Shown here: one piece after another, positions 23,313 through 30,422 of the stretch | Numbering within the stretch: the stretch's first letter is position 1 | How the letters are laid out: every line of letters starts with the position of its first letter | Assembly (NCBI GenBank): GCA_025340205.1 | Contig: CP006868.1 | Coordinates: 150,001 to 182,000 of the forward strand | DNA from: Ignicoccus pacificus DSM 13166 | GTDB taxonomy: Archaea > Thermoproteota > Thermoprotei_A > Sulfolobales > Ignicoccaceae | DNA: 32,000 nt | Direction of reading: 5' to 3' | Notes under the pieces: generated by a model | The model's database searches: none | The model's input: only the letters and a program-made list of their open reading frames with translations | What the model was told of the DNA's origin: nothing | Position numbers and translations under genes: made by a program

Positions 23313-24103
23313 TACCTCTTCCCCACCAATATTATCCTTGGAGATAAGGGCTTGAAGGGAGATCCCTCCCAATCCCCTACGGCTTCTACGGGCTCCCAAC
23401 CGCTTTCCTTGTAGAGTTTCGCTAGCTCGTGCAACGAGTACAATCTGAACTGGAGGGGCATCTCCGCTACCTTCTCCAATCCCTTTATGTCTTTCTGGTA
23501 AACGCTTACCTTGCTCCTCTCCATGCTACTCCACGGATCATACTTGGACTCTGCAATCATTACGTAGTCTCCAAATTCCATGGTCCAAGCGAAGTTCTCT
23601 TGGTAATTCCTAGCCTTTAGGACGCTATCTCTATTCTCAACATCTATTAACAAAACGGCATCGCTCTTTGCTACCCAAGCGAAACCTCTCAGAATTGACT
23701 TGTCTATTTCATCTCCGTAAAAGCCGAAGCTGGAATACCAAGAGACTATTCCGTCGAACCTCACGTCCTTCACTACCTCTTGCACCCTCCTTAGGTCCCC
23801 TACCACGCATCTGGCCTTGTCCTCTACGCCAGCTCTCGCTATCCTCTCGTTCGCCTTTTCTACGAACTTAGGGGATATGTCTATTCCGAGGACGTCGTAA
23901 CCCAGCTCGGCTAAGGCTATGGTTATCCTACCTATTCCACAACCGGCATCGAGAATCAAGCCCTTTCTGATTCCATATTTCTTCAAGAGTTTAGATATGA
24001 GCGCTGCTTGAGTGGCAGTACTGTGCCACACGGAAGGCGGCTCCGCCAGAAGGGCGGAGTAGCTGAACCAACGAGTCCAAGTCTCTAGGGACCAATCTTC
24101 CAA
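23309..24103 (-). CDS. class I SAM-dependent methyltransferase
   Basis: Motif I ILDAGCGIGRITIALAELGYDVLGIDIS and post-I/II motifs (VVGDLR, FDGIVSWYSSFGF). Substrate unknown. Confidence 0.8.
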   Translation of the reverse strand: MEDWSLETWTRWFSYSALLAEPPSVWHSTATQAALISKLLKKYGIRKGLILDAGCGIGRITIALAELGYDVLGIDISPKFVEKANERIARAGVEDKARCVVGDLRRVQEVVKDVRFDGIVSWYSSFGFYGDEIDKSILRGFAWVAKSDAVLLIDVENRDSVLKARNYQENFAWTMEFGDYVMIAESKYDPWSSMERSKVSVYQKDIKGLEKVAEMPLQFRLYSLHELAKLYKESGWEPVEAVGDWEGSPFKPLSPRIILVGKRY

Positions 24104-24151
24104 GACTTTCTGACCCTGATAGGGAAGGAATAGCTACCAAATAGCTTTGAG

Positions 24152-25024
24152 CTAAGGGATGAGTTTAGTGAGAGGAGCCCCTCCCACCAGTAACCCTACT
24201 ATCAAGCTCGTATTCAAGCTCCTCCTCGCGGCTTCTTCAGGGTTTACCTCAGCCATCCCGAAGAGCTTAGAGTGAAGGAAAAGGCCAGCTGCTGACATAC
24301 TAGACCCTAAGATGTTTAGCTTGTAAAGGCTTACGGAGTAAACTATCGCTATGGCAAATATCAGCGCTGTAATTTCAGCTATCCTTATCGCCCTCTTGAT
24401 CCCAAAGTCGGCGGGAAGACTGTGTAGACCCATGGATCTGTCGAAGTCGATGTCTAAGATAGCGTAAAGGGCGTCGAAGGAAGCTACCCAAGCGGAAACA
24501 GCTACGACGTAGGTCCAAGGCACTCTTAGCAATGCCGAGATCAAGTTGGGGGCGTCGCCGCTTACCGCAATGGCTCCACCTATTACTGCCCCTCCTAATA
24601 TCGCTCCAAGCCAGAAGTGTGCTATTGGCACGTATCTCTTCAGAAAGGGATAAACGGTCGCCAAGATCGGGAATATGGGGCTCAGTATGAAAGCATACTT
24701 GTTTAGCAAGTATGCAGATATGAAGTAAATAGCTAGTGAAGCTGCGGCTAACCCTAGTGCCTCTCCCTTGCTTACCCTCCCGCTAGGTATGGGTCTGTTG
24801 GCCGTTCTAGGGTTAGCCTTGTCTATCTCTGCATCAACCAAGTTGTTTATTATTAAAGAGTACGATCTTATTCCGAAGAGAGCAGTGAAGATTAATATGA
24901 CCTCCTTGAGAGTGGGTATCCTTACTAGGACGGCTCCGGAGTAGGCGAAGGGGAGGCTGAAGAGGGTGTGCTCTATCCTTATCAGCTCGGCGTAGTCCTT
25001 CAACTTCAACGAGCTTCTTCCCAT
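24152..25024 (-). CDS. ubiA: UbiA-family aromatic prenyltransferase (4-hydroxybenzoate polyprenyltransferase-like)
   Basis: Polytopic membrane protein with a first Asp-rich motif NNLVDAEIDKANPRTANRPIPSGRVS (compare E. coli UbiA [23 protein letters not shown]) and a second acidic motif YAILDIDFD. Confidence 0.8.
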   Translation of the reverse strand: MGRSSLKLKDYAELIRIEHTLFSLPFAYSGAVLVRIPTLKEVILIFTALFGIRSYSLIINNLVDAEIDKANPRTANRPIPSGRVSKGEALGLAAASLAIYFISAYLLNKYAFILSPIFPILATVYPFLKRYVPIAHFWLGAILGGAVIGGAIAVSGDAPNLISALLRVPWTYVVAVSAWVASFDALYAILDIDFDRSMGLHSLPADFGIKRAIRIAEITALIFAIAIVYSVSLYKLNILGSSMSAAGLFLHSKLFGMAEVNPEEAARRSLNTSLIVGLLVGGAPLTKLIP

Positions 25025-25064
25025 TCAAAGGGAGAAATGCGAGGAATAAATCGTTCAAGTGAGC

Positions 25065-26345
25065 TCAGTGGAGCTCCACCCTCACTATTACTCCAGGAAC
25101 GTAGGTAGATCCGACCCATCTGCCCTCAGAGGTAACCCCTAGCAGCTTCTCGTTAAGCAAGTCGAGAACGTTGACGCTCATTGTAGCCTCCACGTGCCTT
25201 CCATCCTCGAAGGCCGGTGAGAGAACCACGCTCATATCGCCGGTCTCGGAGCTAGCTGTGTGTAATCCCGTCAATCCTAAGACTTTGATGCCCTCTGGCT
25301 TAGAGCTTCCGGCGTGTAGGGTAAGGTTCGTGTAAGAGGGGGAGGGCGGAGAGAAGGGGTTGGGTCTGTAGCCCCTACCTCCTCCCGTTCCAAGCCTGTA
25401 GCCCCAGTACAAGTCAGATAAGATTGACTTGACTACGCCGTTGTCTACTAGCACCAAAGGCTTCCCTCTAACGCCTTCCTCGTCGCATCCATGAGAGGAG
25501 GGACCTCCAGGGAGGAGAGGGTTGTCGCTTAAGGTGATGAGTTTGGAGAAGACTCGTTCATTTATCTTATCGCTGAGAGGACTCTCTCCCTTAGCTATGG
25601 TATCAGCTGCGAACATAACGCTCAAGAACTCCAAGAGCTGAGAGACTGCCCTTGGATCTAAGTAAACTACCCTTTCACCCCTAACTCTCTCGGGCCTTAT
25701 CTTGAGCATATTAGCCTCCTCTAGGAGCCTCTCAAACATCTCCTCCGGAAGGGGTACCTTGGAGTGAGAGGTAGAGACGTCCCAGACGCTCTTGCTCATG
25801 TAGCCGCCTTCCTTCTTGCTTAGCGCCATTCCTAGCGACACGTCGCTCACGCTTTCTTCATATTGTGTTCCTTCCGTGTTGGCTATAGCCCATATGTTCA
25901 AGCCTAAGCTCATTGAAGCGCTTAGAGAGAAGCTCTCAGGAACTTTCCCTATGATATCTCTAAGTAAGTACTCCAAGAAGTCCAGATCCTTGTTCGCCAC
26001 CTCCTCGCTGAAGAGGCCCGGAACTTGGGAGCACTTGGAAGAGGGAAAACCTTCCCACCAATCCACTCTAGGACTCAACGCCGCTACCTTCTGAGCCCTT
26101 TCGTAGAGTTCCTCGACGACCCTCCTTAATCTCTCCTTCGAGGCGGTGGAGTAAGCAAATCCTATTCTCTTATCCCTCTCAACTCTTAGAGCGACAGCGA
26201 ACGTCTCTCCTGCAGAAGCTCCTACTATTCTGTTGTCCTCCACCTCGACGGTCTTCTCAAGGACGTGAGAGACGTAAACCTCAGCGTCCTCTAAGCCCTT
26301 AACGATTGAATCCAGTTCCTCCAACAACCCACTTTCCCGAGGCAT
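25065..26345 (-). CDS. pmbA: TldD/PmbA (peptidase U62) family protein, PmbA/TldE-like (no HExxxH seen)
   Basis: 426 aa with the family layout: FAVALRV..D.RIGFAYS, HGCDEEGV, VLVDNGV, GLTGLHTASSETGDMSV. Confidence 0.7.
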   Translation of the reverse strand: MPRESGLLEELDSIVKGLEDAEVYVSHVLEKTVEVEDNRIVGASAGETFAVALRVERDKRIGFAYSTASKERLRRVVEELYERAQKVAALSPRVDWWEGFPSSKCSQVPGLFSEEVANKDLDFLEYLLRDIIGKVPESFSLSASMSLGLNIWAIANTEGTQYEESVSDVSLGMALSKKEGGYMSKSVWDVSTSHSKVPLPEEMFERLLEEANMLKIRPERVRGERVVYLDPRAVSQLLEFLSVMFAADTIAKGESPLSDKINERVFSKLITLSDNPLLPGGPSSHGCDEEGVRGKPLVLVDNGVVKSILSDLYWGYRLGTGGGRGYRPNPFSPPSPSYTNLTLHAGSSKPEGIKVLGLTGLHTASSETGDMSVVLSPAFEDGRHVEATMSVNVLDLLNEKLLGVTSEGRWVGSTYVPGVIVRVELH

Positions 26346-26397
26346 CGGAGGCGGAAGGACTCAAAGCTTGTTCCTCTTCCCTCGGAGGGGCTGGGAC

Positions 26398-26814
26398 ATG
26401 TACGTCAAGTTCAAGAGAGGAGCATTGAAGGTAGAGATTCATGGCAACGCGTTGATTGTAGGAGATAGGATAGTCTTGGATGCCAGAAGCATAACCTTCC
26501 CAAAGGGAAGCAAGGTGTACCAAGGTGAGCCAGACAAGAAGAGGAGGGTTTTAGTCATCGAACATGAGGAGCTGAAGCTCGAGGAATTTCCTCCGACGGT
26601 GGATATGGTAAGCGGAGAGAGGAGGTATTTCCATGGCTTTGAGCTGAGAGCTGCGGATCTGGATTTTGAGAAGTACTTGACGGTGGTAGTCCCCGGAAGC
26701 TTTCTCTACGATTACGCAATAATTACCCCTAGCAAGACCGAAATAGTCATGAGCGCCAAAAGGAACGCGTACTTAGAGGAAACATCAAAGGCTTCTATTA
26801 TTTATTTGCTATAA
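26398..26814 (+). CDS. hypothetical protein
   Basis: The ORF track starts at TTG 26368. I prefer in-frame ATG 26398 because GGAGGGG (26384-26390) lies 7 nt upstream. No family recognised. The 3' end overlaps the convergent permease gene by 13 nt. Confidence 0.45.
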   Translation: MYVKFKRGALKVEIHGNALIVGDRIVLDARSITFPKGSKVYQGEPDKKRRVLVIEHEELKLEEFPPTVDMVSGERRYFHGFELRAADLDFEKYLTVVVPGSFLYDYAIITPSKTEIVMSAKRNAYLEETSKASIIYLL

Positions 26815-28142
26815 AATTCTTCGAATAGCTGCATATAGTACTTTCTCCAGATTATCTTCCTCGCCGGCCTTAACGCTATCGTTATGATTAAAGGTGGTAA
26901 TAGCAAGGTGCTCAGCGCCTTCAGTTGGCTCCAGAAGGCGACGTAGAGGCTGGTGGAGGCGAGTATCAGCGCCGGGAAGAGGGTGAAGAATATCGCGAGT
27001 ACTATTATAGGTCTCTTAGCCTTTATTTTGTCAGCGAGCTTGTAGGCGGAGTAGTTGACTGCCAAGTAAACCAACAAGAAGCCCATGCTTCCCATTAGAG
27101 ATATGTTTGAGAGGTTGTAGAAGTTTGCTAATATCATCGATATAAGCGTACTTATAGTTATTTCATATTTAAGCAACTCGACTTCTAACGCCTCCTTTCC
27201 TACGATCTTGTTCGTCTTAGGGATGAAGTGAGCTATTCTGGCGGCTCCGAATATCGTGGCATTTATCGCTGAAGCCGTTGAGAGAAGCGCCGCGATGCCA
27301 ATTATGGTAAAGCCTAGCTTGCCCAATATGGGTTCTGCTATTATTCCCAAAGCGTAGTCTTCATACTTCACTATCTGTTGAGGCTTAAGCGTCGTTACTG
27401 AGACGTACGCTATTGAAATGTATATCGCCGCAACTATGGCAACAGAGAGGAAGAAGGCCCAATAGATGTCCCTCTTGCTCTTTGCGTCGAGGCCAGCGTT
27501 GGATATTATTCCGAAGCCCTCATAGGCCGAGAATATTATCATGCCTCCCAAGAGGATCATGTACCAGGGAGGCCACTTTTCGGTAAAGAGCATTTGTGGG
27601 TTAGACCTCGTCATTCCTATTAATGCGAACATCACCAGTATTGCTACCTTTATGTAAACCAAGACGTCCTCTACTTTACCCATTATGTGGGAGCCTAACA
27701 AGTTAATTACCATGAATACTATCAAGACTATTGTGGTCAGCGCGTGTCTAACTATGGCATACCAGAAGGTGCCCTCGGCGAATCCTAACATCGCCGCCCC
27801 GTAGCTTCCGAAGGCGTAGGCGTAGAGCGATACCATTACTACGTACCCTACCCAGAGCAATGAGTTTATGTAATCTAGCACGAACAAGTTCTTTATTCCC
27901 ATTGCTATGTACTCTATGGTTCCTCCCATACAAGGATGGTAGTAAGAGAACTTCGCATAGGAATAAGCGGTCAGAAAGGCCGTGATCGCTCCGATGCTGA
28001 AGGCGAAGGGGGCAGCGGGGCCGGCGTACTGGATGAGGAGGCCGAGTACGCTGAATATGCCTCCGCCTATCATTCCCCCTACTCCGATCGCAACCAGCTC
28101 CTTCAGACCCAACTTGTGGGTGCCTTTGTGAACCTCGCTCAT
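26802..28142 (-). CDS. APC-superfamily amino acid/polyamine permease
   Basis: About 12 hydrophobic helices. N-terminal signature LGLKELVAIGVGGMIGGGIFSVLG is typical of APC transporters. I prefer ATG 28142 (preceded by GAGGGTG) over the ORF-track GTG 28166. Confidence 0.8.
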   Translation of the reverse strand: MSEVHKGTHKLGLKELVAIGVGGMIGGGIFSVLGLLIQYAGPAAPFAFSIGAITAFLTAYSYAKFSYYHPCMGGTIEYIAMGIKNLFVLDYINSLLWVGYVVMVSLYAYAFGSYGAAMLGFAEGTFWYAIVRHALTTIVLIVFMVINLLGSHIMGKVEDVLVYIKVAILVMFALIGMTRSNPQMLFTEKWPPWYMILLGGMIIFSAYEGFGIISNAGLDAKSKRDIYWAFFLSVAIVAAIYISIAYVSVTTLKPQQIVKYEDYALGIIAEPILGKLGFTIIGIAALLSTASAINATIFGAARIAHFIPKTNKIVGKEALEVELLKYEITISTLISMILANFYNLSNISLMGSMGFLLVYLAVNYSAYKLADKIKAKRPIIVLAIFFTLFPALILASTSLYVAFWSQLKALSTLLLPPLIITIALRPARKIIWRKYYMQLFEEFYSK

Positions 28143-28245
28143 TAAGCACCCTCTGAAAGGAGTCACGTATATTGAGAGTTAAAACGTCATTTCCTATTCA
28201 TGTACACATAAACTTCAATATACCCTAGCACTATTTATCAAGAAG

Positions 28246-28545
28246 GTGAAGACTGCTATGGACGAACTAACTATAATCGCCGTAAGTTTGATATTATTAA
28301 TGATAGTAGCGTCAATAGCTCTTAAGATGAACTTGGTTACAGCTGCGGGCGTTGGAACACTCTCAGCTCTCTTCGGGGGAGCGATATCCTATGGCGTCTG
28401 CTACTTCGTTAACCCAGCAAGCGCAATACTCTGTGGGGTAGCTGGCTCCATAGCAAGCATGTGGTCTTCCACTCTTACCCTCTACTTCGCTATGATGCAA
28501 GCAGCAGCTCAAGGAGTCCACATAGGCTTCGTTATATCGGGATAA
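28246..28545 (+). CDS. small Gly/Ala-rich membrane protein
   Basis: 99 aa (GTG 28246 or ATG 28258) with about 3 hydrophobic helices and GxxxG-like spacing (GVGTLSALFGGAISYG, GVAGSIASM). No family recognised. Confidence 0.45.
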   Translation: MKTAMDELTIIAVSLILLMIVASIALKMNLVTAAGVGTLSALFGGAISYGVCYFVNPASAILCGVAGSIASMWSSTLTLYFAMMQAAAQGVHIGFVISG

Positions 28546-28549
28546 TTTT

Positions 28550-28762
28550 TTATCTTCTAAAAAAGGACCTTATCTTCTTTCTGATACCCTCCTTAGAGAC
28601 GTAGTATACTATTTCTTCATTACTTTTGCTCCCTACCTTAAATTCAGCGTTCAGACCCTCCAGCTTTATCACTATATTTTTGCCCTCTTCTAAATTCCTT
28701 TCTATTTCGTTAAGGATAGCGTCATCGAACTTGACTCTTATAACCAGCTCCAAGGAGAGCAC
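28550..28762 (-). CDS. small hypothetical protein (70 aa), paralogue-like to the next ORF
   Basis: An ORF with a charged alternating pattern and a basic C-terminus: VKFDDAILNEIERNLEEGKNIVIKLEG. Confidence 0.4.
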   Translation of the reverse strand: MLSLELVIRVKFDDAILNEIERNLEEGKNIVIKLEGLNAEFKVGSKSNEEIVYYVSKEGIRKKIRSFFRR

Positions 28763-28781
28763 CCTAAAAAGAGAGTTGATG

Positions 28782-29009
28782 TTACTTAGTGCCGCCGCTA
28801 CCGGCGGCGCTCACGACGGCCTCTTCCGTGGGCTCCGCTGTTATGATTAGCTTCCCTTGCACGTCCTTTATTTCCATGACTATCTTATTAACACCCTTGG
28901 CGCTCAAGGCACCAAAAAGCTTCTCAAGGACCTTGTCATCTATCTCAGCTTCCATCTGAGCGACCATCTTCCCCACGACGCTACACCTCTCATGTTTTCC
29001 AGCGTTCAC
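28782..29009 (-). CDS. small hypothetical protein (61-75 aa)
   Basis: GTG 29009 per the ORF track. In-frame ATG 28967 (MVAQMEAEIDDKVLEKL...) is preceded by GAGAGGTG and is a likelier start. AEIDDKVLEKLFGALSAKGVNKIVMEIKD resembles the neighbouring 70-aa protein. Confidence 0.4.
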   Translation of the reverse strand: MNAGKHERCSVVGKMVAQMEAEIDDKVLEKLFGALSAKGVNKIVMEIKDVQGKLIITAEPTEEAVVSAAGSGGTK

Positions 29010-29204
29010 GTTCCTAATCCATTTTTCGTTTACGAACCAATTCTCCCTTTAAAAGGGAAACTAACATATCGACTTTCTTGTCAAACAGATCTTTGAAAAG
29101 CTAAGCTTGCCTTCGTAAAGAAATAATATTAACGGTGTTTACAAAGAACCGAATCCTTTATCTACCTCTCCTTAGAACCCTCCAATGCCTCAGGAGGGAA
29201 GGGT

Positions 29205-29615
29205 ATGCAAACGGTCTACAAGACTCCGGGGAAGGCTAAGGGATGCGAGGAGTGTATCTTCTATTCAACGTTGCTGAGGAAGTGTATGTTACCGCCGATA
29301 GCTAAGGGCGTAGTAGAACATTGTAGCGAACTAGCGTACGTCAAGAGGCCCTTGGAACACAACGGACACATGGAAATAGAGGCCTGTTTGCCTTCCGTGG
29401 ACCACTTCTCGCTATTAGTAAGCTTAGACATGAATAACATCAACGACATGGATAAGAACCTGATAAAATCAATAAAGAGTATGAAGATGGTTGGATGCGC
29501 GCCAGTGTTTGAGGAGATTGAGGGCGAATTCGTTAAGACCTATCTCTCTTGTAAGTGTGTAACCAAGGCTTACGTCTTCTGTGACAAAAAGCATTGCAGC
29601 GTGTTATTCTCCTAG
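29205..29615 (+). CDS. Cys-rich hypothetical protein (136 aa, 11 Cys)
   Basis: ATG follows GGAGGGAAGGG. The Cys pattern is CEEC...C...C...C...C...CKC...C...C. No family recognised. Confidence 0.4.
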   Translation: MQTVYKTPGKAKGCEECIFYSTLLRKCMLPPIAKGVVEHCSELAYVKRPLEHNGHMEIEACLPSVDHFSLLVSLDMNNINDMDKNLIKSIKSMKMVGCAPVFEEIEGEFVKTYLSCKCVTKAYVFCDKKHCSVLFS

Positions 29616-29677
29616 TATTACCGGCCTGAAGCCCTAAATAGCTTCTTCATGTTACTAGTGTATTTCCGGGGTATCAC

Positions 29678-30046
29678 ATGAGGTTCGTAGCTAGGGTGTT
29701 TCCTTCGAAGGAAAAGGTTGTTATCGTTAGAGAGGACGGCAAGGTGAAGACCGTTAGCAAGTATCTTTGGGAAACTTATTTGAGCAAGTGTAATACCTAC
29801 GGCTTCGCGTATCTATGCAGAAGGAGCGTCATCTTGACTTATGGAAAGCTGGCCATAGGAATAGTTACTAATAGAGAACCTCTACTAGAGGACCTAGAGG
29901 AGCTGAAACCCCTTCTAGAACAAGTAGGAATGCCCGACTTCGTATACGACGAGGCGGTAAGTCTCATATACGCAAGGGATACTCTACTCGACCTCTCTTG
30001 TGCTGGATGTAATGCCATAAAGTCGCTGCCCGAGGTCACCGCTTAA
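29678..30046 (+). CDS. hypothetical protein (122 aa)
   Basis: ORF with an ATG start. No motif recognised. Overlaps the convergent 89-aa ORF by 11 nt. Confidence 0.4.
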   Translation: MRFVARVFPSKEKVVIVREDGKVKTVSKYLWETYLSKCNTYGFAYLCRRSVILTYGKLAIGIVTNREPLLEDLEELKPLLEQVGMPDFVYDEAVSLIYARDTLLDLSCAGCNAIKSLPEVTA

Positions 30047-30305
30047 GCCTCCTTATCCTAGCCCTCATAACCTCCTTGTCAATCATCCACTTGAGCTCTT
30101 CCTCGGTTACCTCCCAGCAATGCGGATCACATACGATCCTTCTAAGAGAAAACCAGAGCTTATCGAGGAACCTTGCCACCATTATCCTAAGCTTCTGGGT
30201 GCTCTTGGCCCTCCTCTGAAGTAGCCTTACGTAGAGCCTCTTCAGACTCTTCTTGGCCACGAACCACAACGCGCCCTTCAGTAGCCCTTCTAGCAAGATG
30301 CTCAC
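30036..30305 (-). CDS. small, highly basic hypothetical protein (89 aa)
   Basis: Arg/Lys-rich helices (KKSLKRLYVRLLQRRAKSTQKLR ... MRARIRRLKR). No family recognised. Confidence 0.35.
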   Translation of the reverse strand: MSILLEGLLKGALWFVAKKSLKRLYVRLLQRRAKSTQKLRIMVARFLDKLWFSLRRIVCDPHCWEVTEEELKWMIDKEVMRARIRRLKR

Positions 30306-30422
30306 CTAAGTTCACTCAAGTGATCGAAGTAAGATGTGGACACCGAACTCCTTTGACCGAGGGGTATTACATAAGACAAGACTTTAGACTAGGGGTTGGT
30401 GCTAGAATTTCAGAGGGAACGG

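Noticed and set aside
27748-28149. 133-aa Arg-rich minus-strand ORF (and the 69-aa plus-strand ORF at 27936..28145) inside the permease gene
   Set aside because: These are an alternative frame and the antisense of a long ORF with unmistakable APC-transporter helices. The Arg/His-rich composition is implausible for a real protein here.
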